A stretch of DNA of 64,000 bases from Bradymonadia bacterium. Lineage in GTDB: Bacteria; Myxococcota_A; Bradymonadia; UBA7976; UBA1532. Both the position numbers and the translations under genes were made by a program. The DNA lies in assembly GCA_046290225.1 (NCBI GenBank), contig JBKAGE010000035.1, positions 128,001 to 192,000 of the forward strand, given 5' to 3'. Shown here one piece after another: positions 19,105-27,969 of the stretch (positions are counted from its first letter, which is position 1; every line of letters starts with the position of its first letter). The notes under the pieces are model-generated. The model worked only from the letters and a program-made list of their open reading frames with translations. It did no database searches and was not told where the DNA came from.

Positions 19105-21774
19105 TCAGGGCACTTCGAGGCACTCGAAGAACAGGTTGATGTCGCAGATGCCCAGCTCAGCAGTCTCGATGGCACATTGCGCCACGGGATCTGCAGGGTC
19201 CAGCTCACCACCAGGGCATAGAATCTCCTGGCAGAACCCCGGCGGGAAGATCCCGCACTCCTCAACCAGCCCGCAAATCTCCTGGCACGTGGGCACCGGG
19301 TCAAAGCACGCCGCCACAGCCCCGGCATCGCACACGCCATTGTTCACCGCTGCCCCCACACAGGCTGGCAGCGCCTGCAAGAACTCCGGAGGGCTGCTGG
19401 GGCTGCCTGCGAGGCCAGCGCAGTCCACCTGACAGTCACCATCAGCCCCCCAGGGCGCCGGGCATGGTGCAGCGGTCTCACACGCAGTGACACAGGCCTC
19501 AGGGATCACCTCGTCGAGGGCCAGACACGCCTGTATGCCTCGGCACCCAGCCACTTCTATACAAGCAAGCTGTACATCGAGAGGCGCCGGATCAGGGGTG
19601 CACTGGCGCTCGCACAAGAAGACGTCGAGCTGAGGATCACAGGCGAGCTGCCCCTGGCAGAGCGCCTGGCAATCAGCGCTGGGTTGCTCACCCTCGAAGC
19701 CTGTACATGCCGCCACGGCACCGCAGCCCTGTTCGAGACGCACCGACTCGGCGACGCAGGCCGCCTCTGCAGGCAGCACACCCTCGACGCAAGCCGCGGC
19801 GCAGCCCTCGTCGGCCACGCCACACCCCACCGCAGCCTCGCAGTAGGCACCACAGCTCACCTCGGCCTCGAGCGGATCGACACACGCGCGGAGCACATCA
19901 CAGGTCGCCGTGGGGGGGAGATTGGCGAGGCACTCACCGGACTGCAGCCTCAGCGCATCTTCTGGCGGCAGCGCTCGACCACACGACCTCATACATGCCT
20001 CGAGGGTCCGATCTGCCTCAGGATCACACTCGGTGGTGGCCCGGCAATACTGGTAGCAGGGCGTCATCTCTGGCGCCGCCCCGCGTCCGACCTCGTTTTC
20101 GCACTCGAAGACGCTGAACGTGCTGCCGAGGGCCGACTCGCAGACCGGCGCTGCGCCGGTACACGCCACCTGCTCCACCACGAAGGCAGCATCGACCAGG
20201 TGGTTGTCGTCACATCGAAGGGCGCAGCTCTCCACATCACGCTCGAAGCCACATTCGAGGCGGCGATCGCAATACACGTCACAGGCTGGGGGCTCAGGCG
20301 GTGTGCAGGCCGCCATGGCATCGCAGTCATCGCCCGCTTCGGCCACGCAGGCGCGCCATTGTTGCTGTCGCTGAGGCGCGAAGCCTTCCACACACGCTTC
20401 GATGCAGCCTTCTGCATTGCCGGCAGCAGGTGGCAAACCACACCCGTCGAGGGCCCCACACCACTCACCGCAGATGGCCTCAGGGCTCACACCATCAAGA
20501 CAGCCCGTGAGCGCACCACATGTTTGCGCAAAACGACACGCCAGCGCCTCGGTCTGCGCCAGGGCCGGATCTCCACCGAGCCTGAGGGTGTCGACACACT
20601 GCTGATTGCATTGGGCGAGGTTCACATCCTCGGGCAACAGCCCGCACACCGACTGCGCCTCGCACAACGCAGGGCATTGAGCAGCGGCACCGCCATTGCC
20701 GCCTCCTCCACCTTCGAAGCAGCGCTCCAAGGCGTTGAAGTCACACTGACCGTTCACGAGCACCTGGCTCACGGTGCATTCGAGGATCGGCTCGAAGAAG
20801 ATCGGATCTTCTTCCAAGATGAGGCCACATTCGAGCAGGCAATCTTCGAAAATGGGCTGACACTGGCCAATGACATCGCAGAACGCGCGGCAGTCCGCCA
20901 CGGGTGGCGGATCTCCGGGCTCCGGCACCTCGAAACACTCCGCCACGGCGCCGCAAGCATCGCCGGCGATGCGCACACAGCTGTTGCGCTGCTCTCCACG
21001 CAGGCGGGCGAGGGGATCGACCGCATTGATCTGCGCGATGCACTCCGGCACGCAGGTGGCGCGATCTTCGATCCCACACTCCACGGCAGCCTGACAGCGG
21101 GTCCCACACTCTTGATACACGGACTCACCCAGGCAGCCCCAGAATGCCTCCTCCTGGCACACGCCCACGAGAGACTCGCCACAGGCAGAGAAAGCGCTCT
21201 GCCCGTCTGCCTCCCAGCCTTCACAGGTGGCGACACATGTCCCGATCGGATCAGCGAGCCCGCACCCCTCAGCGGCTTCGCACACCTCGGCGCAGGTCAA
21301 CGCGGGGGGCTCGGGCAACGGGCAGAACCGCAGAGTGCCGCAGGCCTCGGCCCCCAGGCATTCGAACCAGACCTCGGGTGCCCCGCTGCTGCTCGACCGC
21401 TCACAGGCGGTGAGGCAGGCCTCGAGGCTGCCCCAGTCACGGGCAATACGCTCGCAGTCCTCGAAGCGTCCGCAGGCCTCTTCACACGAGTCGATTTCCA
21501 CGGGCACGAAGGCATCAGAGGCCATCATCATGTCGGGCGGTGAGGCATCTGAAGGCTCAGCGTCTACATCGATCGCCCCATCGATACGCATCATCGCATC
21601 TGGAAGCACCTCACCGGCGTCAGCCTCCAAGCCCATGTCAGGGCTCAGCGATCCATCAGTCACCACCCGGCCTGTGTCGGGGGTTTCCGGATCAACCTCG
21701 CTGGCTTCTTCCACCGTGCAGCCCCAGGCCAGCAACACCACCCACACCCACCACCGGCTCAACGCGTTCACCAT
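19105..21774 (-). CDS. Cys-rich repeat lipoprotein (~12 repeats of ~60 aa)
   Basis: GGAGG RBS before ATG 21774; lipobox-like LLAWGC; acidic PD/DA linker; twelve C-x3-C-x5-C units (CEEACGRFEDC ... CQEICGLVEEC). Confidence 0.8.
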   Translation of the reverse strand: MVNALSRWWVWVVLLAWGCTVEEASEVDPETPDTGRVVTDGSLSPDMGLEADAGEVLPDAMMRIDGAIDVDAEPSDASPPDMMMASDAFVPVEIDSCEEACGRFEDCERIARDWGSLEACLTACERSSSSGAPEVWFECLGAEACGTLRFCPLPEPPALTCAEVCEAAEGCGLADPIGTCVATCEGWEADGQSAFSACGESLVGVCQEEAFWGCLGESVYQECGTRCQAAVECGIEDRATCVPECIAQINAVDPLARLRGEQRNSCVRIAGDACGAVAECFEVPEPGDPPPVADCRAFCDVIGQCQPIFEDCLLECGLILEEDPIFFEPILECTVSQVLVNGQCDFNALERCFEGGGGGNGGAAAQCPALCEAQSVCGLLPEDVNLAQCNQQCVDTLRLGGDPALAQTEALACRFAQTCGALTGCLDGVSPEAICGEWCGALDGCGLPPAAGNAEGCIEACVEGFAPQRQQQWRACVAEAGDDCDAMAACTPPEPPACDVYCDRRLECGFERDVESCALRCDDNHLVDAAFVVEQVACTGAAPVCESALGSTFSVFECENEVGRGAAPEMTPCYQYCRATTECDPEADRTLEACMRSCGRALPPEDALRLQSGECLANLPPTATCDVLRACVDPLEAEVSCGAYCEAAVGCGVADEGCAAACVEGVLPAEAACVAESVRLEQGCGAVAACTGFEGEQPSADCQALCQGQLACDPQLDVFLCERQCTPDPAPLDVQLACIEVAGCRGIQACLALDEVIPEACVTACETAAPCPAPWGADGDCQVDCAGLAGSPSSPPEFLQALPACVGAAVNNGVCDAGAVAACFDPVPTCQEICGLVEECGIFPPGFCQEILCPGGELDPADPVAQCAIETAELGICDINLFFECLEVP

Positions 21775-22005
21775 GACCAACCTCCTCCTCTCGCTTCTGA
21801 CGACCCCGGTGCACCCAACATACCAAGAGGTCCCAGACTGTAGACACCTCCCACAGGTGTAACCGTGTCGCCTACAGAGATCGGGAATATTACGGAGTGG
21901 TGGTGCCTGAATGACTGCCCACGAGGGGGGGTCTGTTGCGGGTGTCAGGGCGAGCACGACTTGCCCGAACCAATACTCAGAAAACAAAACTTTGAGAGGT
22001 ACACC

Positions 22006-22791
22006 ATGACTCGCTTCAACACCCGTTTCGCTGCGCTCCGCAACCCCCTCACCATCGTGCCTGCCCTCATGGCCATGGCCCTGATCGGCTGTGATGTACA
22101 GGACGGCGACGACTCCACCTGGGGTCAGAACAGCAACTGGGACACCAATGAGAGTCCCCCTGAGACTGTCGATCCTGGTGGTGGTGCCGAGGAGGGCACT
22201 GAAGAAAACCCTGAAGAGAGCGCCAACAATGGCACCACCGAGGGCGACTTCGTCTATGTGGTGATTCGAGACGTCTCCGAGGGCTACAACGACGAAGGCA
22301 CCCCCGGCGTCGACATCTGTGGCGTGTCGTTCGTCTGTGACGACGGCACCGAGGGCTGGGCCTCTCGTGCTGAGCTCGACACCGGTGCTGGCTTCATCTG
22401 TGGTGAGGATGACCTTGAGTGTTTGGCTGATCGCGGCGATGCCATGGCCGCCATCGGTCAGCCGGAGGCCTTCTGCGAGCCCCGCTCGGTGCCCAGTGAG
22501 TACGTCTCCCTCGGCGTCGGCGGTGAGCTGACCCTGCGCATGATGGTGCCCGGTGATCCCGGCGCACTGGAGGCCCGTGGCGGGCTGGCGGGCTGTACCC
22601 TGGTGGTGCACGAGCTCGACGGCATGACCCACGAGGCCTACACCGTGAACGTGTGTGACTCCGCTGCTGGCGACAACTGCCAGAGCGAGAACCCCATGGT
22701 GATGGCCAGCAACGGCGGCTCTGTCTCTGTGGAGGTGCCCATGGCTGCCCCCGAAGAGACTGAAGACGAGATGGTGGCCGTGAACGACTGA
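22006..22791 (+). CDS. Acidic lipoprotein of unknown function
   Basis: GAGG RBS; lipobox ALIGC; acidic linker; globular domain containing PGVDICGV and YVSLGVGGEL motifs. Confidence 0.75.
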   Translation: MTRFNTRFAALRNPLTIVPALMAMALIGCDVQDGDDSTWGQNSNWDTNESPPETVDPGGGAEEGTEENPEESANNGTTEGDFVYVVIRDVSEGYNDEGTPGVDICGVSFVCDDGTEGWASRAELDTGAGFICGEDDLECLADRGDAMAAIGQPEAFCEPRSVPSEYVSLGVGGELTLRMMVPGDPGALEARGGLAGCTLVVHELDGMTHEAYTVNVCDSAAGDNCQSENPMVMASNGGSVSVEVPMAAPEETEDEMVAVND

Positions 22792-22837
22792 ACGACTCAC
22801 GACGCTCACATTTTCGACCGCCTGACGTCAGATTTCT

Positions 22838-22891
22838 GAGGGGATGGCCGGGGGTTTCTGCTTCCTCCCCTGGGCATCCCCTCTTCTTTTT
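22838..22891 (+). terminator. Probable intrinsic terminator
   Basis: Stem GAGGGGATGGCCGGGGG / CCCCTGGGCATCCCCTC followed by TTCTTTTT, downstream of the 22006-22791 gene. Confidence 0.65.
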
Positions 22892-22972
22892 GTGCCGCTG
22901 TACAGCTGCGAAAAACCCAAGCCCGAAAATTGCTATAACCCTCCCAGCGAGTTCGACACGTGAGGAGGACGC

Positions 22973-24679
22973 ATGGCCCGCAACACATTCACATGGCTGA
23001 TGTGCTTGTCGTTGATGGCCCCCCTGTGGGGCTGTGACGACGAAGAAGAAGGTGGTGACACCGGTGGCGCCGGCGGCGCCGTCGCAGGCTCTGGCGGTGA
23101 AGCTGGTGGAGAGGCCGGCGCAGGCGGTGCCGTAGCAGGCTCGGGCGGCGACGTCGGTGGATCGGGCGGTGCGGTCGCCGGTGCAGGTGGCGATGTTGGC
23201 GGATCTGGCGGCGCAGTCGGTGGATCTGGCGGCGAGCCCGGTGGCGCCGGTGGCGCCGTCGGAGGCGCTGGTGGTGAGCCTGGTGGTGCCGGCGGCGCAG
23301 TAGGCGGATCTGGCGGTGAGCCCGGAGGTGCCGGTGGTGGCATGGGTGGCGCCGGTGGCGTACCTGGAGGCGCTGGCGGCGCTGGCGGTGAGCCCGGAGG
23401 TGCCGGCGGCGGTATGGGTGGCGCCGGTGGCGGTGGCATGTGTGAAGACATCCCCGTCTTCAGCCCCGAAGATCCAATGTACGATCGCTATGAAGGCACC
23501 GGCGCCAACAACGCCTGCCGCCAGGACGCCGACTGCATGCCCTCCGGCTGCAGCGGCGAGGTCTGTGCCGCAGAGCCCGTGGCCTCTACCTGTGAGGCCA
23601 TCGCCCCTGCCGGCGGCGCATGTGGCTGTGTCGAAGGTCAGTGCATCTGGCACACCAACGAATGCGGTGGTGGCTGCGACGACGCCGATGGCGACGGCAC
23701 GTGCAATGATGCCGACAGCGACTGCAACGCCGACGGCACCCCCTTGATGTGCCGTCGGGTCGCCCCCGAATGCCCCCCGGGCACCGTGCCCGAGATCACC
23801 AACGGCTGTTACACAGACCGCTGCGTCACCTGGGCGGAGTGTGGCGGAGATCCGGGCCCCGTGGCCTGCGCACCTGTGGTCGAAGGCGAGTTCGGGCTGT
23901 GTGATGCCATCCTCGGCTGGGCACCCAGCGGTGTGGCGGGTCAATGCATTCAGGTCTCGGGGTGTGGCTGCGACGAGGGCTGTGAAGGCCGCGTCTTCGA
24001 GACCGAAGCCAGCTGCCAGCGCGCCTGTGGCGGTGGTGTCGATCCCGGCGGACAGATGTGTGGCGGCTTCGCCGGGCTCGAATGTCCCGACGGCCAGCAG
24101 TGCATCGACGATCCCAATGACGATTGTGATCCACGCAACGGCGGCGCGGACTGTGCGGGCATCTGTGTCGAAGGCCCCGCCATGTGCTCACCGATTCGCC
24201 CCGGCGAGTATGGCGATTGTCGCGCCGTCATCGGCTACGGCATCGGCCTCAACGGTCAGTGCCAGGCCATCTCCGGTTGTGGCTGTGACGAGACCTGCGA
24301 GGGTCGAGTCTTCGAGAACGCCGCAGACTGTGAGCGTGCCTGTGTCGATCCTCTGCCCCCGCAAATGTGTGGCGGCTTCGCAGGCTTCGAATGCCCTGAG
24401 GGCCTGATCTGTGTGGATGATCCCAACGATGAGTGTGATCCCGCGCAGGGCGGCGCTGATTGTATCGGCATTTGTGTAGAGGATGACTCACCGGCCCCCA
24501 ACCAATGTGCGGCGGTGCAGCCCGGTGAGTTCGGGCTGTGCGAGGCGGTGCTCGGATGGGGGATCAACCCCCGAACGGGCACGTGCAGCGTGGTTTCAGG
24601 CTGTGGCTGTGACGAGCGTTGTGATGGCCGGGTCTTCGAGGATCAAGCCAGCTGCCGAGAGAACTGCGAGCTGCGATGA
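22973..24679 (+). CDS. Gly-rich/Cys-rich modular lipoprotein (eight-Cys cluster domain, 3 Kunitz-like modules, 2 CGGFAG modules)
   Basis: GAGGAGG RBS; lipobox LWGC; GGAGG/GGSGG linker; CRQDADCMPSGCSGEVC...CGCVEGQC; three G.C.A..G[WY]...C..[VI]SGCGC...F....C...C units; two CGGFAG..C....C.DDPND.CDP..GGADC.GIC units. Confidence 0.82.
   Translation: MARNTFTWLMCLSLMAPLWGCDDEEEGGDTGGAGGAVAGSGGEAGGEAGAGGAVAGSGGDVGGSGGAVAGAGGDVGGSGGAVGGSGGEPGGAGGAVGGAGGEPGGAGGAVGGSGGEPGGAGGGMGGAGGVPGGAGGAGGEPGGAGGGMGGAGGGGMCEDIPVFSPEDPMYDRYEGTGANNACRQDADCMPSGCSGEVCAAEPVASTCEAIAPAGGACGCVEGQCIWHTNECGGGCDDADGDGTCNDADSDCNADGTPLMCRRVAPECPPGTVPEITNGCYTDRCVTWAECGGDPGPVACAPVVEGEFGLCDAILGWAPSGVAGQCIQVSGCGCDEGCEGRVFETEASCQRACGGGVDPGGQMCGGFAGLECPDGQQCIDDPNDDCDPRNGGADCAGICVEGPAMCSPIRPGEYGDCRAVIGYGIGLNGQCQAISGCGCDETCEGRVFENAADCERACVDPLPPQMCGGFAGFECPEGLICVDDPNDECDPAQGGADCIGICVEDDSPAPNQCAAVQPGEFGLCEAVLGWGINPRTGTCSVVSGCGCDERCDGRVFEDQASCRENCELR
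23052..23438 (+). repeat. Low-complexity Gly-rich tandem repeat (GGAGG/GGSGG/GGEPGG) encoding a flexible linker
   Basis: Directly visible GGC/GGT-rich repeats in the CDS. Confidence 0.85.
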
Positions 24680-24681
24680 CC

Positions 24682-25087
24682 TGAGCGGACGGCCGTGCCT
24701 TTGGCACCGCCTGTAGCGGACGGCCGTGCTGCGCACCGCCTGTAGCGGACGCCTGCTTCGGCTTCGCCTTGCAGAGCTGTAGCGGACGCCGAGTCTGCCT
24801 TCGGCAGCCTGAGCTGTAGCTTTTTAAGAGACTTTTGGTGTGGCTGGTGGGTTTCTCAACCCAGGTAGGGGCTTACGCCGAAAGTGGTGCGTCAGGGGCC
24901 AACAGCATCTGCGGTAGATGAACCCACACACACCCCCCTCAACTGATCTTCAAAAAAGCTACAGGGAATTTGCCGGAGGCAAATGAGCGTCCGCTACAGC
25001 TCTCGCCAAAGGCGAGGCGTCCGCTACAGGCGGTGCGCAGCACGGCCGTCCGCTACAGGCGGTGCCAAAGGCACGGCCGTCCGCTCA
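24682..25087. repeat. 406-bp modular palindromic element (REP/BIME-like or MITE-like) between convergent genes
   Basis: Perfect 73-bp terminal inverted repeats (24682-24754 and 25015-25087). Each arm is built from (CTGT)AGCGGACG units separated by small hairpins and ends internally in CTGTAGCTTTTT. Confidence 0.9.
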
Positions 25088-25099
25088 AGGCACTGTCGC

Positions 25100-26305
25100 T
25101 CAACGAAACAGCGATTTGATCTTCCCTACGAGCCCTCGCTTCACCGAAGCCCCCACCATGCTCGCCGCTTCATTGGCCACCGACTGACCCAGGGCAGCAG
25201 CGCTCGCCCCGACATTCTCTGCAGCGCGCTCGGCAGCGCTCACGGGCACGCCCCCACGCGCCACCACTCGGGGCACTGGTCGCTCCGGCTGCTCCCACTC
25301 TTCTGAGAGATGCTCCGCGAGGGTGTTCACCAGTGAGGTGAAGTCTTGAATCTTCGCCTGCAAGAACACGCGCTCGGGCACGCGCTGGTTCTGAATCGGG
25401 GCAAAGGCCGCCTCGAGCTTGCCGAGCTTCTCCTGGGCGCGGTTGAGGCACAGCTCCATGGCATAGCGTACCTCGTCGGTGTAGCGCTCGAGCTCCATGA
25501 GCAGCTCTGCGGCGTTCTCGGCGTCGCTCACGGTCTCATCGTCGTGACGCTCCAGGATCTCCACGAGCACCGGCACACAGCGCAGGTAACCACGGGCTTG
25601 GGGTGTCTCGTCGAAGTCAGCGATTTGATACATGTTCGCCAGATGACGGGCGGCGAGCCAGCGGGCCTCTCGTGATTTGCTGTCGAGATCGGCGAGGCAC
25701 TGCTCCGGGGTCAGATCTTCGGAGTCTTCGTCGTCGTCATCGACATCGCGGGTGGCTTTGTCGGCCACCAGCATCGCCGCCACCTGATTTTGCATGTTCT
25801 GCTGAAAATTCGGGGTGTATTTGGCGTACAACTCGCCGTACTGCGTGGTCAACTTGAAGGTGGTGTCTGCCGCCATGGCAGCATTCCAGGCGTTCTGAGC
25901 GCGCTGATAGCCCGCATGATCGAGCCCGAACTCGGCCACCACCTGCTCAAACGGCTCACCACCAGCGATGCGGGCAGAGATCGCGGCATATTGCTCGAGG
26001 GTGATGCCTTCGAGCACGTCCTGACTCATATCGCGTACGTCACCGAAGTGCGCCTGAGTGGCCCCTTGCTGCATGAGCATGGAGAACTTCGCCTGCAACT
26101 GCCCTGTGGGATCAGCCTCGAAGCGCTCGTACCACACATTGTAGGCCGTCCAGAAAGTGTGGCTGTTCATACCCAGGGACTGATTGAGGAACTGCTCGAA
26201 ATGCCCTGCAGCTTCAGCGTCACCGTATTGAGCCTGCAGCTCACTGTATTTGGCCATGCCCTGGGCCGCCATCTCGAGAGTCACACCGTGGATCGCTTCA
26301 CTCAA
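25100..26305 (-). CDS. Hypothetical protein with two DUF6620-like helical repeats and a HEAT-like segment
   Basis: Repeats IHGVTLE.../LEGITLEQYAAISA...GLD...W...M..DTTF.L...YG..Y, then ARWLAARHLA helical repeats. Start uncertain (TTG 26305 or ATG 26272). Confidence 0.65.
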   Translation of the reverse strand: MSEAIHGVTLEMAAQGMAKYSELQAQYGDAEAAGHFEQFLNQSLGMNSHTFWTAYNVWYERFEADPTGQLQAKFSMLMQQGATQAHFGDVRDMSQDVLEGITLEQYAAISARIAGGEPFEQVVAEFGLDHAGYQRAQNAWNAAMAADTTFKLTTQYGELYAKYTPNFQQNMQNQVAAMLVADKATRDVDDDDEDSEDLTPEQCLADLDSKSREARWLAARHLANMYQIADFDETPQARGYLRCVPVLVEILERHDDETVSDAENAAELLMELERYTDEVRYAMELCLNRAQEKLGKLEAAFAPIQNQRVPERVFLQAKIQDFTSLVNTLAEHLSEEWEQPERPVPRVVARGGVPVSAAERAAENVGASAAALGQSVANEAASMVGASVKRGLVGKIKSLFR

Positions 26306-26450
26306 AACTGAACCCTTGTACAGCAAAACAATAAATCGAGGTGACCATAGCGGTCGCCATGGGTCCCGGCAAGACACACCCTTACTCAAGTGACTCAAAT
26401 TGGCCAAAGCACCTGCCGATAACATGAGGGGTCTGAGGAGTGTTTGTTTT

Positions 26451-27926
26451 ATGCAGTCAACTGGGCAGCTCAACCTGAAGCAGTCGGGCATTAAAGTGCT
26501 TGTGGTTGAAGATGACGAGGTGGACCGCGCCCTAATACGAAGGACGCTGGAGCAAACCACACAAGGTTACGTCATCACCGAAGCGACAAGCTGTGTCGAA
26601 GGTTTGGTGCTCATCGGTGAGCAGACCTTCGATTGTGTATTGCTCGATCTCAACCTCACCGACGGCGAGAGCATCGATGTGCTCATCGCTTTGGAAAAAT
26701 CCGACAACATGTGTCCGGTGATCATCCTCACCGGTGAGGAGACGACCGATGCACGGCGTCACGAAGTCTTCAGCCGCGGGGCTCAAGACTTCCTCGAGAA
26801 GCAGACCCTGAGCCCTGCCATGCTGAGCCGGGCTCTTGAGGCGGCCATCGAGCGTCACAACCACCTGCAGCACATGCAGCGCGATCGCAAAACCTACGAG
26901 TGGCTGGCCACGCAAGACCCGCTCACGGGCCTACTCAACCGCAGAGGCCTCGAGCGCACTGTGGAGCGCCTGCACAGCGAGCTGAGACCTGACCAGACCC
27001 TGCCGTTTCACGTGTTGCTCGTCGATTGCGACGACTTCAAGGGCATCAACGGCCAGTACGGGCATGCTGCGGGTGATCGCGCCCTCAAGTGCATCGGCGC
27101 TCAGCTCCGGGATCAGGTGCGGGCAGGTGATGTGGTCTCCCGCATCGGCGGAGACGAGATGATGATCCTGCTCAACCAGCATGATCTCAGCGGTACCCTG
27201 AGAACGGCCGAGCGGCTCAGGCGCGCGATCTCGGAGACGTTGATCACCTGGGACGACTCTGTGTTCCGACTCACTGTGAGCATCGGGGTGGCCCCCTACC
27301 CTGCCGGCGTGCAGTCGGTGACAGAGCTGCTCAAGATCACACAAAAAGCCCTGGCATCGAGCAAGGGCGCCGGCAAGAACTGCGTGCACGTGGCCCCCCA
27401 AACGGCGAGCGACGGCGAACCCGAGCGGTTCGAAGACTACCTGCAGGCCAAGATCGCCCAGGCTGCGCAGGACGGTGAGATCTTCGTCGAAACACCTACG
27501 CCGTTTCTTCAGACTCTCGATCCGATGCGCTGCCTCTCGACGCTCGACCCCTCGGTCTGTCAACGTACGGTGCTCCGGATCCCTGCGCGGGATTTGATCC
27601 ACTCCCGAGCCCTGGAAGCGCGACTCGCGCCCTTGCGTGCTGCGGGCGTGACCATCGAGCTGGATCTCGAAGCGCCGGACGACATCAGTCATCTGCTGCA
27701 CTTTCTGCCCGATCGCCTTCACATTCCGGATCACATGATCGACGGGGTGAGCGAGCATTCGGAGGCCCGACAGACGCTGGAGCGCCTGGTCCTCATCGCC
27801 GAGCGTCTGGGCGTACGCGTCACCGGTGAGCTGGTGAAGAACCACTCGGATCGCGCCATCATAGAAGACTTGGGGGTGAGTACACCGATGCCGCTCTCGG
27901 GTCTGCAGATGCGGAAATCTCCGTAG
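26451..27926 (+). CDS. Response regulator-diguanylate cyclase (REC-GGDEF) with a truncated, degenerate EAL-like tail
   Basis: VLVVEDD...DCVLLD...T...K receiver; DPLTGLLNRR, D.DDFK.IN..YGH.AGD, RAGD I-site, GGDEM active-site variant. The C-terminus retains only late EAL-like helices. Confidence 0.85.
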   Translation: MQSTGQLNLKQSGIKVLVVEDDEVDRALIRRTLEQTTQGYVITEATSCVEGLVLIGEQTFDCVLLDLNLTDGESIDVLIALEKSDNMCPVIILTGEETTDARRHEVFSRGAQDFLEKQTLSPAMLSRALEAAIERHNHLQHMQRDRKTYEWLATQDPLTGLLNRRGLERTVERLHSELRPDQTLPFHVLLVDCDDFKGINGQYGHAAGDRALKCIGAQLRDQVRAGDVVSRIGGDEMMILLNQHDLSGTLRTAERLRRAISETLITWDDSVFRLTVSIGVAPYPAGVQSVTELLKITQKALASSKGAGKNCVHVAPQTASDGEPERFEDYLQAKIAQAAQDGEIFVETPTPFLQTLDPMRCLSTLDPSVCQRTVLRIPARDLIHSRALEARLAPLRAAGVTIELDLEAPDDISHLLHFLPDRLHIPDHMIDGVSEHSEARQTLERLVLIAERLGVRVTGELVKNHSDRAIIEDLGVSTPMPLSGLQMRKSP

Positions 27927-27969
27927 GGTCCCGCTGCTGTGCAGCGGAATTCATGCTATCCCCCCATCC

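Noticed and set aside
21775..22809. N-terminal 345 aa of the 1,234-aa ORF 19105..22809 (-)
   Set aside because: It is mostly antisense to the 22006-22791 lipoprotein gene. A strong RBS and lipoprotein signal place the real start at 21774.
22394..23944. Minus-strand Ala/Thr-rich and Pro-rich ORFs (22394..23944, 22933..23451)
   Set aside because: Reverse-complement readings of the Gly-rich linker of 22973..24679.
24682..25087. CRISPR array
   Set aside because: Units are only ~12 nt, spacers are short self-complementary hairpins mirrored between arms, the arms are inverted, and no cas genes are present.
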